A stretch of DNA of 64,000 nucleotides from Cyanidioschyzon merolae (lineage: Eukaryota). The translations under genes were made by a program, and so were the position numbers. Position 1 is the first letter of the stretch, and the number at the start of each line of letters is the position of its first letter. The DNA lies in the NCBI GenBank assembly GCA_000091205.1, contig AP006501.2. One strand, 5' to 3'. Of this stretch, positions 44,545 through 55,759 are shown piece after piece. The notes beneath the pieces were generated by a model that had not been told where the DNA came from, made no database searches, and worked only from the letters and a program-made list of their open reading frames with translations.

Positions 44545-47500
44545 GTCATAACTCGCATCATCTGACGCACACGGTAGGTTTGCGAGATGGACCCGTCATC
44601 TGCACCGCATCAGCATTGAGTTTCGCGATCTCTTGAGTGATTGGGGCTTGGCGCGAACCGGGCGAAGCCCCGTTGGCAGCGCCCTGCGGACAGATAACGA
44701 GAAACGTTCGACTGCGGCCGCAAGACCCAGAATAGCTGCGTGTTTTCTGCCTAACGCTCGTGGTGCAGTGCGCTCAGAGCGCACTGGACGTGCGCATCGT
44801 GGGAGATGTGTGGTGTGCATTTGGCACCTGGGACGATGTGCCAGAGCCAGGTCGGTTCGCGACGAGAGGATTTGAGGCATTTGCAACGGTTGCGCGATTC
44901 CAAGCAGAAGACAAGTGTGACGGGGTTCAAGTCGTGGCCGCCTGGGAAACTCTTTCTCCATGTGCATCATTTTCAGTATCGATCACATAAGCCGATCATA
45001 CTTGCAAGTTGAGCAGTCCAGTGCGGACCGTCCTCAGGCAACAAATCGGCGCCACAGCTGTCTGCCCGCGAGCCACGCTACCCAGTTCTTGTGGCGCCAG
45101 GCGCTATGCACTCGGCAAGCCTGGGGCCCTCTCTGGCATACCTGAGCGTAGTGGACGTTTTGCGCCCCGAACGAATCGACCCAGAGAGCGAGCGAACGAT
45201 TTACACTTCGCTGGTCATTGTGCAACAGACCGCCGATCGAAAGTGCATGGCAGCAGAGGCGGCAAATGAGTACCCGACGCAAGCGAATCGCCCGTCCAGA
45301 GGATGTAGCGCTGGATGTTGTCGTTTCAGCTGGTCGGGCACGCGCTGGGCAGTCGAGTCCCGAAGCGCTTGGAAACGGTGCTTGGTGCTCGCGAGCGGCA
45401 CGGCGAAAGGGTGCGTTGCTCGGAACCGGTGCGTTCTGGTACCCAACGAATACATCAAGCCTTGGCGGATTGCAGGACACTGACCGATGCCATGCGGATA
45501 AAATCATGCCAGATATCCGAGCCGGCTGCCGATGGCACCCAATTCACTATCCCTGCGCGTCCCGAACTAGTGCACATGCAGTGCGCGCATTCTCCCTGAG
45601 TTGACGAAGAATCACCAAGTGACTTACACCAAATCTACCACGCCTTGCGTTTCTCAAAGACTCCTCCGCTCAAAAAGAACCGCTACCAGAAGAAGTAGTC
45701 TCGGTTGAGTTCACGAACACCAGCAGCGCATGCGCGCTGACGTTCGCTCTGCGCATTACACTGACACGCGTCGATAGCGCACAGCGCCTAACCCGACAAG
45801 CGTGCCCTGCCCGATCCCAGGGGATGCGGCGGCATCTCGGCGAGCGCGCGCGCTTCCACGCACGCACCCATCGACGCGATCTACGACGCGCAGCTGGGGG
45901 CGCGTACGCATCCTCTCGCGGGGCGCTGATGGTAGATGGTACCGCGGAGCGCGCAGGCTATACGCCGCAAACGCTGCCGCGAGCGCCGAACAACCAGGCC
46001 CGATGCCGGACGATACAGGGAACACACACCCGCAGGGGTGCGCTGTTCCACTGTGTCCGTATCCGCCTCCCGATTTTCTCGTGAGCAGGCCGCGACGCTT
46101 CGTGTGTGCATCGCAGGTGCATTCGCACTCGCGCCCCGGGCGGCGAGCATTGATGAATGCAAGCCGCCCGGCGCCGCTCGTTGACACTGCCGAGAGCTTC
46201 CCCGCGCCCACGCAAAGGACCGACAGGCATGCCGAAGCCGCCCGTTGGCCCGAAAGTACTGGCGCGATACGCGCAGCTTTCCGGTAGCGATTCCGCGATT
46301 CAGGAACTGAGTGGCGAATTCGGGGCCGCGTACGCGCCTGTGGTCGTGACGCATGCGTCGATCTGTGACAAGCGATACCTATACGGGCTATATGAAGAAC
46401 ATATGCCGCCGGCCTTGATGCCCGTGTGGGTACTTTGCCGCGGAACCGGCGACACGCATCCATCGGCATATGTGCGCGTACGGAGAGGCTTCGAAACCTG
46501 AACCCGCTCAGCAGCCTTCGCTAATGTATCGCCGGTATGCGTACAGTATATAAAGTCCAGCTTTGCAGATCAGACGATGTCCACAATATACATTTATAGA
46601 CAGTATTGGACAGAGAAGATGTATGCTTTTGCGCAGCGCACTACGCGCCAACAACAATTGCAGCGCTTCCATCCGTGCGAAATGAACTCAGAACAATGAA
46701 CTGCTCACGCAGTTCCTGCTGTTCGACTATGTTCAAAAGTATTTAAAGATATACAGCCTCGACTCGCGATGTTCAGGAATACGGGCATACGGATCGGTAC
46801 CGGTTTAAGGATTCTCGGTCATCTATACGAGGTGGCTCCTCCGACGAGTTGCTGCCGAAATTCGTTACGTCACCAGGATTAAGGTGATTGGTGGCGTCTC
46901 CGAAATAGCGTCCATAGAAAAACGGGTATCGTCATCAGGTTCGTATGTACAAGCATCGATTCTACTCCGTGCCTTGCAGATGGAATGCTCAAATCACAGG
47001 TACTTAGTGTGGTCGATCTGTTTCGTGCAAGGCACATCATCGGCGTCCTTTGGAGACTTGCTACCAGTCTCATTCAAAAAAATTAACTTCACTGGACTCG
47101 TCACGTCAAATACTCTTATCCAGTTTAAAGATAAATCCAGATCTCTTTGTGTTCATCCACGAAACGGCACTCGACCACAGCGTGATGCTGCTTCCGGGAC
47201 ACACTCCTAGAGGCCCTGGTCTCTTCTGCCTGCACCTCAACGGTCCCAGACTCGGATTCAAATCATCATGTGAGTCATCATTTTTAGCAGAGTGACACTC
47301 GTCGCTCTGCGCGAGCCGAGCGTAGATGGATGGATACGGCACCGGGCGCGTAAACGCATGGCATCGAGGTCAGACACGCTCGCCTATGTAGACGTCTTGT
47401 CGATTAAAAAAATCGAGCTCAGACCACTGCACCCGTCCAGAGCATGTTTCGAGCGATGAAGCGAGTGTTTACGGGCCGATGGGCGAAACTCGGTGGAGTT

Positions 47501-48460
47501 TTTTCGGATATATCCGAACAACCAGCCGAATCCAAATTTCAGAGCTGCAGAGCGCCCAGCGATGCTGTGTACAAAGAAAATGAAAACGGCGAGCGAAGCG
47601 CAGATCGCAACTTCCGCCTCTTCATGAAAAGCATCGATAGGAGCCGGACGCTGCGAAATCGGCATTTTAACGCGACCACAGACGTCGTTTGCCAGTTGGC
47701 AACGAAGCTAGAAGAACACGAGAGACCGGCGTATTGAAAGCCGTAAATTAGAGAGATGAAAAAAACAAGTCGAAGAAACACCCGCATGGGCTCGAAGCGA
47801 GTACAATGGGTGCAGCAACGAACCAAGCCTCATCCCTTGAAACTTACCAGAAATTCATTAACGAGCCTAGCAGCCTGTTTTCAGTCTGCCTATAACAACG
47901 CAAGAAACAAAATGATCTCCGCTTGCCGTGGCTTTCCTTCCCGCCAAGTCGTTGGGCTCGTTAGTATTCACTTTCCAAGCCAGATATACCTGCATCTATC
48001 TATCGATCTATCTATCATGAGTTTTGAACCGATTCCTGGTTACCAACAAGCCCAAAAGCCCCGACGCTCCATTGCGAGCTATGCCGGTTGACTCGAATGA
48101 GGTCCCGAAACGCTCTGTCGGGTAGCGCAAGCAGGCCCCGTGGATGCATCGCATCTATGGACCAGCCAGCGATCACGGAAACTATCACTGTCGCTGCGAT
48201 GTATAGAGCACGAACTGTGCAGCAACGAAGCAGCAACTTTTCTTGCTCAAGCGAAGATTCTATCCTGTTTCTCATTTTTCCTCGGATCGAACAGAACAGG
48301 TCTGCAGGAAAGCGAGTCATCCCGAATGAGCGCGAATCGAGGATCGTCCCCACAATACCGCCTCAGACTCGCGTGCTGGCCGGTTTGGAACGCGCAAGCC
48401 GGCTGGCGCTCGAATACCGTCGCTCTTGGCTGGGTCTCGCGTGACCTAGAGACATAGCGA

Positions 48461-48832
48461 TCACCTCGATGAGCCAGGAGTCTCTGTTCTATTGTGTCGT
48501 GTTCGGTCATTGGGTCCTTCAAGACCCGTTGGAGGTGACGAGGCGGCGTTTGGAGCGAAGAGCTTCCACTCACGTTTGTGGGCACCACGAATTTCCCGCT
48601 CCTTCTCTTCGGTCACACCTCGCCAGGTGAACCGCCCGTAAGCCTTGAGGCGTGTACCCTCCTTGCGCGCAATAATTCGTGTCAACATCCAGAACGAGTC
48701 GTCACCGTGTCCGTTACGAATCCAGGTCTTTCGTGTAAAACGCTGACCGTAACCATAGTTCGGTAACTTTCGAGCAACTTCAAAGAGTTTCAGACCACGC
48801 GCGGCGAGCAGCACCGAGGTGCTGTGCAGCAT
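48461..48832 (-). CDS. Small basic protein, possibly a mitochondrial ribosomal protein (MRPL31/mL60-like)
   Basis: Weak resemblance (DSFWMLTRIIARKEGTRLKAYGRFTW...HKREWKLF) to my recollection of the fungal MRPL31 C-terminal region. The first ATG is at 48832; the track start is a GTG. Confidence 0.25.
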   Translation of the reverse strand: MLHSTSVLLAARGLKLFEVARKLPNYGYGQRFTRKTWIRNGHGDDSFWMLTRIIARKEGTRLKAYGRFTWRGVTEEKEREIRGAHKREWKLFAPNAASSPPTGLEGPNDRTRHNRTETPGSSR

Positions 48833-49134
48833 GGTGCACGAACAGTGCCCAAACGCCACCGCCCGGTCGAGTCCTAAAGTTTGTTTCACTGGCCGAGGCT
48901 TGCCTTTTGCACTAGCGGAGGCGTATAGAACCAGTTCAGGTACAATGTACAGCGCGGAGTCGTTTGTAACGAGTTTGGTGGCAGTCTCGTGGTGCTCACA
49001 AGCGCCACTTCGTACTCAGAGGCGAACGCAACGCGCAATTCTGCGCACAGCGCACGAGAGGCCGCGGACAGCAGTTCTGCTGCATAGACGCTTTGCTCGA
49101 CGCTATCCGCGTGCTGGAGCTGGAATCGCGGTCT

Positions 49135-49400
49135 CTCAGATGGCAAGATACTGCAGAGGATCTCCAAATCGACTGCTAGCATGCGATATGGGGCGCAGCG
49201 CATCCTCACAGAAGCTAGGATACGGGCCTGGAGCTCTGCATCGGCAACAAGAGTGCGATGCGGGGTCCAGTGCGTCTTCGCAGATGGCGAGATACCGCAG
49301 AGGATGTCCATCTCAGGTGCTAGGATACGATGCAGAAAGCAATGCATCGTCATCGACTATAGGAAAGCGGTGAGGATCTCTGTATCAGTCGCTAGAGAAT
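49135..49400. repeat. Tandem repeat, about 120-bp unit x 2.3
   Basis: The unit 'gatggcaagatactgcagaggatctccaaatcgactgctagcatgcgatatggggcgcagcgcatcctcacagaagctaggatacgggcctggagctctgcatcggcaacaagagtgcgatgcggggtccagtgcgtcttcgca' repeats; ORF 48819-49373 shows the duplicated QMARYCRGSPNRLL / QMARYRRGCPSQVL peptides. Confidence 0.6.
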
Positions 49401-49744
49401 GATGCAAAACGAAATTTATCCAGGGCCTCTGGTGCACCGCCGCTTGGCCCGCTGAAGCGCTTCACCTCAGCGTTCTCGGCGCTTGCTTCGGTGGGCGTTT
49501 ATGGTGCAGCAATCATCAACGCTTGCTTCTTGAATGACGAAATCGTTTCCGAAGAACTTGCTGAAGGAAAACGAAATCGTCGCTCAGTATCGATGGGTAC
49601 CAAACGCCGCTGCACAGCTTGACATAACCGTTTCATAGGGCTTTTCTTTGCCGCAACTGGGCACCGTTGCCGTGTATTGAACAGGGAGCATCCAATGCCG
49701 GCTTGCATTGTGGACAAGAATATCCAGGGACATCAGGCTCTGAA

Positions 49745-51529
49745 TCAGCTGGCCCGACGTGACCGATCAGTGTCAGTAAGTTTCCCTGGCAGAACCTGAA
49801 TCACACCGCAGCGTAGTACATGCCGCATTCCTTTGAAAGCCGGCTGGTGCTCGTTTGCAATGATCAGACGTTCGATGCGAAGACCGCTTAGACTATACGC
49901 GAAGGGTGCAAAAATCAGATCCGCATGGGTCACGGATATAGATTCCCCGAAAGGCACACCATCAGCATGCAGGACGCTTTCCATGTGAGCTACTCGAACG
50001 GTATCCAGCTTCGCAATGCTCCAGCTCAGGCACAAAGATGACACATCCCACGATACCGAACCGATATTACTGTACAATTGATGTGATGCCGGTGCTCTGA
50101 ATGATGAACCGCGCCTTGCGCTCGCAGTGGGCGTCAGCATTCGCAGGTAGACGCGCAACTGCAGATGCTCCAGCGTGACCGAACCCAACATGTGCAGCTT
50201 TATAGAGGCCACGACCCGAATAAAACATCCCTGTTCGGATGTCTGGGTGCCGCCTCGGAGGATCACCTCCAGCGGAAACACACTGCTTGAATCGTTCACC
50301 GCCACATGTGTACCTGAATGCGGGATCAAGCGCCAGAGCCAGTATGACGCTAGCCGAAAGGATCCATCCGGCGGGATGAACGACATGGTCAGCGCAGACC
50401 CCGAGGTGTTTCGCTCCGACCGAAGGGCGCACTCGTGAAACGCCATTTCACGCTCGCCAACCTGGTGGCACTGTAGTTGCATCTCAAGCTGCGGACAACC
50501 CGACAACCGGGACTGGCACTCGAGGGCACCGCGCACCGCCCATTCTACAGGAGTCCCCTGCTCGCCAGACACAGTTGCGGACAGGGTCTCGACAATATCC
50601 ACAAGAAACTCTTCGGTTGCGTGCTGAACTCGAGTAGGTCGCCAGGGAGCCCGCGGTTCGCACTGAGGTGCAATGCCTCGGCGAGTATCCAGCACCGAAG
50701 CATGACCTGCAACGGTATTGGCGCTTTGGCGTTGCGCAGCGGAAGCGCTGCTCTGGATAGCGACAGCATCCGAATGCGTCCCGGAAACTCGCTCGAAGGG
50801 CCTTGGTAGGGAGCGTCTCGCAGAGCTGGTTGTTCGGTATAGATTTTGCCATAGCGTTGACGCTGCCGATGCCATGATCCCAGTCGGACCGGGGCGCTCC
50901 GTTGGCACTGATCGAACCTGCGAAGCGACTGCGCCTCGTAGCGATATAGAATGGTTCATGGACGTCCAGCGATCCAGACCAAGGCGAGTATCCAGGGCGC
51001 CAGCAACGTTCACCATGATCTGTTCGAGGGAACTGGGAAAAGTCACCAGCTGGAGCAATACACTGGGTTCCGTGACTAGCGGCAGACCTCGTGGATGCAT
51101 CTCCTCCAGCAGTTCGTATACTGCGACAAAGTGTTCGCGAAGCCACTGCGCACTCAGATGACCCCTGCTGCACTCCTTGAGGAGCGGAAGGAGGTGGCGA
51201 TCGAGCGAATCCAGAACAAGCGCAGCAGAGAGCCACTCTCGCGCTGAGACCGGAGGGTACTCATCGACACCTGCGAGAAACCACAGGCCGTTGACCTCTC
51301 GGTAGCAGAAGAAACCGCTCGCCCTGCTGCCTGCTTCTCTGAAACCTTTTCGCTCTGACCACGGGAGAGTGCCGGCGGCATCAGAACGCCGCTGGGGTTG
51401 CTCTTGGATGAGCTCCCAGAACTCCTGGATCACGTCGCGAGAGGAACCATTCCACTCGTAAAGAGCACTCCAGCGCTTCTCTACTAACGGAGCTCCCAGC
51501 TCGTTCAAGATGCATAGGTAGCGGAGCAT
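49745..51529 (-). CDS. Divergent adaptor-complex medium (mu) subunit-like protein, possibly AP-5 mu-like
   Basis: The N-terminal longin-like region parallels AP mu subunits: HFVAVYELLEEMHPRGLPLVTEPSVLLQLVTF (compare NFVLIYELLDEILDFGYPQ...LKTFIT). At 594 aa it is longer than canonical mu. The track start is a GTG; ATG at 51529 (MLRYLCILNELG) verified. Confidence 0.4.
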   Translation of the reverse strand: MLRYLCILNELGAPLVEKRWSALYEWNGSSRDVIQEFWELIQEQPQRRSDAAGTLPWSERKGFREAGSRASGFFCYREVNGLWFLAGVDEYPPVSAREWLSAALVLDSLDRHLLPLLKECSRGHLSAQWLREHFVAVYELLEEMHPRGLPLVTEPSVLLQLVTFPSSLEQIMVNVAGALDTRLGLDRWTSMNHSISLRGAVASQVRSVPTERPGPTGIMASAASTLWQNLYRTTSSARRSLPRPFERVSGTHSDAVAIQSSASAAQRQSANTVAGHASVLDTRRGIAPQCEPRAPWRPTRVQHATEEFLVDIVETLSATVSGEQGTPVEWAVRGALECQSRLSGCPQLEMQLQCHQVGEREMAFHECALRSERNTSGSALTMSFIPPDGSFRLASYWLWRLIPHSGTHVAVNDSSSVFPLEVILRGGTQTSEQGCFIRVVASIKLHMLGSVTLEHLQLRVYLRMLTPTASARRGSSFRAPASHQLYSNIGSVSWDVSSLCLSWSIAKLDTVRVAHMESVLHADGVPFGESISVTHADLIFAPFAYSLSGLRIERLIIANEHQPAFKGMRHVLRCGVIQVLPGKLTDTDRSRRAS

Positions 51530-51794
51530 GTAACTGAGCAAACAGAGAAACGTGCTTTCGCTGCTGGACGCTATCCCGCACGCCAGCGGATAAAGGCTCC
51601 AGCACCACCGAAAGTCCACTCTGCGACGAACTTTTAGCCCCCAGGCGCGTTATCGAAAAGGCTACAACAAGCCTGACGCTCCCCCAGTTCGCTCCAACTA
51701 CCCGCCGGTGTCCACGAGGCCCTGCAGTAAAGCCCTTGAAAGCATAATCCATGGAATTGGCGACCTCGATGGTGCAGCAATTTTGGACACACCC

Positions 51795-52070
51795 TGATCG
51801 GCAACGAAAGCTTCTCTCATCAGCCGGTGCATCGTTGATGCTCAATGAGTGTCAGTAGACGCTCCGAGATACAAAGTTCGGACACGTTCTATCCAGCACT
51901 AACAGCCTCTGTCATCAGCCGGTACATCCTTGATGCTCCATGAGTCTCAATAGACACTCCGAGATACAAAGTTCGGATACGTTCTATCCAGCTATACCAG
52001 CTTCTTTCACCAGCCGGTGCATCCTTGATGCTCCATGAGTCTCAGCAGACGGTCCGAGATACAAGGGCGC
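51795..52070. repeat. Tandem repeat, about 96-bp unit x 2.7
   Basis: 'ccggtgcatc(g/c)ttgatgctc(a/c)atgagt(g/c)tca(g/a)tagac(g/a)ctccgagatacaaagttcgga(c/t)acgttctatccagc...' recurs three times just upstream of the AP-mu-like gene's 5' end. Confidence 0.7.
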
Positions 52071-53870
52071 CTGCGAATATCCAGCCAATTTTCCTTTGTC
52101 TCCTGCGGACGACTCCCTATGAAAATGTCTGCAGTACGGAATTCCCTATTGGAATCGATGTTTCATGGATCTGGTACTCCACAAGGCAGCCGAGCTAGCC
52201 GCGCCCAGTTGCCTCGGGTCTCGGCGCGTTTCCGCCAACTATCTGTTGAACGGTCGCTTAGACCCTGTCCAGGGTAGCTGGATAGCGGACAAGAGACGCT
52301 GGCGCTCGCTTTGAATCCCTCTCCGGCGTGCGGACGTTCGGCAGGTGCGGAACATCCGTCTCTACGTTGTAGTCAACAGGCGTACGACAGCGTAGCGGTT
52401 CAGAAGAAGTCGAGTCGCATCCGGTATGTTTGGCTCATGCTCGTGCAGGCCCGAAACCTGCTTCGTGCCTCTTGGCCGTTGGACAGGATCTCTCGGGGCA
52501 ATTAATGTCTAGAGGATGCATTCGTGATTTAGGATTCTCGATCGTCTTTCCGGAACGGCTTCTATGACGCTCTGCCGCTTGAATTCGTAACGTCACCGGA
52601 ATCAAGACGACTCGAGACGCTCCGGAAAAAAAGGTTGCGTACAAGAACGGATATTATTAGTCTTCAATCCATGAATGCAACCCGTCGCTCTTTTTCCCTT
52701 ACGGGTTCCAAGCTGAAATCGTGTATTCTTCAAGTATCTGCTTTTTCTGCTCCGTGACAACTCGTGGGCGGAGCAATTCTTGCCGTTAGACTAACGAGGA
52801 AAAATAGCAAGGCCGTCCCTTGATGACTTGCTGACGACCACATTCCGAAAGTTCACAGAGCTTGTCACGTCAAAACCTCGATTCCGATCAAATGAAAAAT
52901 CTTGATCTCTTCCTGGCCATCGAAGAAACAGTGTGCCACAGCAGTATGACATTTCTCAGGGCATACGCTCCCGGAGGCTCCCGTCTCTTCTGCTTACATG
53001 AAAAGGAGGCTTGGATGCGGATTCGAGTCATCGCAGCGATCACGTCCAGTGGAGATAGTGTCGATCTTTTGCACGAAGGGAGCGAAGGCGCATCGAACTT
53101 TTTTGTTTTCTTCTCCAGCCCGAATTCTCGTTCCGGCACTGGATTTACCATGGATAAGTTCGCGTTTCACAAATCCCGTGTCAAATGGGACAGCTTGCGC
53201 TCGCAAGAGAAGCGGACAGGGTACTCGTGGATGGTGTCGCTTAGATGAAGCCCGTCATCCTTCGGTATAGCAGGGGGCGCGGACGCGGAGGGAGGCATCT
53301 AAGAGAGCCTCCTGTACCCCTCAAGGGTATCCACCGAGCGCTGAAGCCAGCGTTCATGTGCCACAGGGCACCAACCAGACGACATGTGGTGGATCGATGC
53401 GAACGCCTGACTCTACTACATTGTCACTGCTTCAAACGGTACACCCAGGCTATTTACAGAAAAGATGCAACAGGCAAGCGAAGCAAACACCGCAACGACG
53501 GTCTATGCATGAAATTCGTCACGAACAATCGGAAGCAACGAAATCCCGACCTCAACGCCGGAAGCGACATCGTTCGAACGCTGCCTCCGGGGCTAGAGGG
53601 ACATGAGCAATCAGCCTACAGAATACCGGAGATACGACAGAGTGAAAGAAAGCTGTCACAGAAAAGCCCGCAAAAGCTAGTATTCATGATAACTGCAAGA
53701 GACTCGGGCTTTAGTTTGTGCAACAGCGTTGATTCGGTGGAAACCGTTCCTTTTCATTCTCGTGCGAATGTACCAAACTCTACCGCACGTGTGCGTGCTG
53801 CTCGGAATCAGCATGACAAGCTTCATACCACTGCAGACGCTGCCATATTTCACCAGCTCAAAAAAACAGG

Positions 53871-55532
53871 ATGTCTCTCGGGCACAGTGGCTCTCCTCGG
53901 GAATCGAGTGTAGCCCTGTACTCAATGGATACTACAGAATACGCGGGAATCGGGCAGCGCAGCTACAATTTGTACAATGCTGTTTCAGTTGCCAAGGCAG
54001 CTGCGCTCTACGTGTATCCGGACGTGTTCCGCGGGCAACCTTCAGGGATTCTTTACGTTCCTCGTATTCGCGCTATAGAGATGACGAGCCCAGCGCGGGG
54101 AGCAGTTAGGAAGCGACTTCGACGTGCCACAGCACCAGATGAAGCACTGATCGCTCCAAACGACAGTGATCCCCGCGAAGCTGGTACCGAAGCAGTGGCA
54201 AACGCCTGCAGCGATCCGGAGGTTCACGCAAACCAAGTTTGGAAACTTAAGTTTGTCCTAAACGAAGAGGACAACGCTGTGAACGGCGCTTTCTATCAGC
54301 CTTCGTTCACTCATCAAATCTTTCCGAACGAGCGCATCAGGGGCTACCTCGAGCCCAACCTGTACCAGGTCTATGACGCGGTCACGTTGCACTGTTATCT
54401 GAATTTCAAGTACACAGCAGTTGTGAACCCTAGCAAAGAGGTCACACCCGTTATGTCCACGCTTCAATCGCTGCTCGATGAGTGCGGTGGCTACACAACG
54501 GACTACGAGGCGTTTCGACAATGCAGTCGCAATGCGAATGAACCGCTCGAAACAGCTCTGAAAACCATTAGCACGTACGACCTTCACAACGAAACGTTTA
54601 TCATCTCCGAGGGCGTTCTATGTTCAGAAAACAAGTCTCCCGCACAGGCGGCTCTTCGTGCGCTGCATCGCCGTCTGCAGTTCCTAACACTACTCTACAT
54701 CGAAGCTGCCTCGTTCATTGACGATGAGGATCCGCGGTGGATGATTTACCTTTGTCGCTCCAGACGCGATCAGCGGCTTGTAGGGTTTGCGACAGTCTAC
54801 CGCTTCCCCGCAATCGAGAAGCTACAAGAATTTGATCCCCACCGCGAGAAATGGAGACTCGCTCAACTGCTGATTCTGCCGCCCTATCAGAGAGCGGGGC
54901 ACGGTACGCGTTTCTTGCATGCGCTTTACGAACGAGCTCGTTGCGTCTCTGAACAGACCGGTCGCTGCGTTCTCGAAATCAGCATCGAAGATCCAGCGCC
55001 AGCCCTTTGTTGTGTAAGAGATCTGGTGGACTTGGAAAAGCTGCTTACAAGCGATGATGCTTCTCGACAGTGGGCGCAGTCGATTAACGCATCTAGCCCA
55101 GTCCCGAGTCGCTCCGAGCTGAAGACGCTAGCCCAGCGTCTGCGTATTACTGCGGCGCAGGTGCGGCGACTCTATGAAATCCTTCGTTTGCATGCAATGG
55201 TGAGTGCCAGTGCCGCATCTGGAGACGTCGACCCCGAATTGGAGCGGGAATACCGTCTAGTTGTCAAACGGCGTCTATTTCGCGAAAATGAGGAATGTTT
55301 TGGCTTGAAAAACGATGATGAACGAAAGCAAATGCTCGCAGAGATGTATACTTCGCTGATGCAGGAAAGCTACCACCCAGTCATTGCTGCTGCGATGCGC
55401 AGAGGGCTAATTGCACCAACAAGGCTTGAAAGGCGCACGGGTTCCGAATCCGAACTGCATGTACTGGTTTCAGGCTCCAAGGAACTACTACTGCGCAATT
55501 CTGCACAAGTATCAGAGAGCGGCTCTACCTGA
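53871..55532 (+). CDS. HAT1: Histone acetyltransferase type B catalytic subunit (HAT1)
   Basis: ATG verified. Hat1 N-domain: GAFYQPSFTHQIFPNERIRGYLEPNLYQV. GNAT core: RLAQLLILPPYQRAGHGTRFLHALYERA. Confidence 0.75.
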   Translation: MSLGHSGSPRESSVALYSMDTTEYAGIGQRSYNLYNAVSVAKAAALYVYPDVFRGQPSGILYVPRIRAIEMTSPARGAVRKRLRRATAPDEALIAPNDSDPREAGTEAVANACSDPEVHANQVWKLKFVLNEEDNAVNGAFYQPSFTHQIFPNERIRGYLEPNLYQVYDAVTLHCYLNFKYTAVVNPSKEVTPVMSTLQSLLDECGGYTTDYEAFRQCSRNANEPLETALKTISTYDLHNETFIISEGVLCSENKSPAQAALRALHRRLQFLTLLYIEAASFIDDEDPRWMIYLCRSRRDQRLVGFATVYRFPAIEKLQEFDPHREKWRLAQLLILPPYQRAGHGTRFLHALYERARCVSEQTGRCVLEISIEDPAPALCCVRDLVDLEKLLTSDDASRQWAQSINASSPVPSRSELKTLAQRLRITAAQVRRLYEILRLHAMVSASAASGDVDPELEREYRLVVKRRLFRENEECFGLKNDDERKQMLAEMYTSLMQESYHPVIAAAMRRGLIAPTRLERRTGSESELHVLVSGSKELLLRNSAQVSESGST

Positions 55533-55759
55533 TTTGGGCATCGATCCCTAGCCTCTAAACGGAAGCAACGAGTCCCGAGTCTGCGCGATTCGCAAATATC
55601 TGTTCTACGTGATAACAACACAGATGTCGCATCTCTAATCGGCAGCAAGGATGCGTCGTGAACACAGCCTCAGGCGATCGGGAGAGGAAACGCGTTCTGA
55701 TCAGCGCCATGTGCTTGGGCGGAAACCTCGTCGCCCGTGCTCCTGAAACAGCACGACAA

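Noticed and set aside
51795-52070. A CRISPR-like array among the regularly spaced repeats
   Set aside because: This is a eukaryotic locus. The units are contiguous tandem copies of about 96 bp and about 115 bp with no unique spacers, and there are no cas genes. They are minisatellites.
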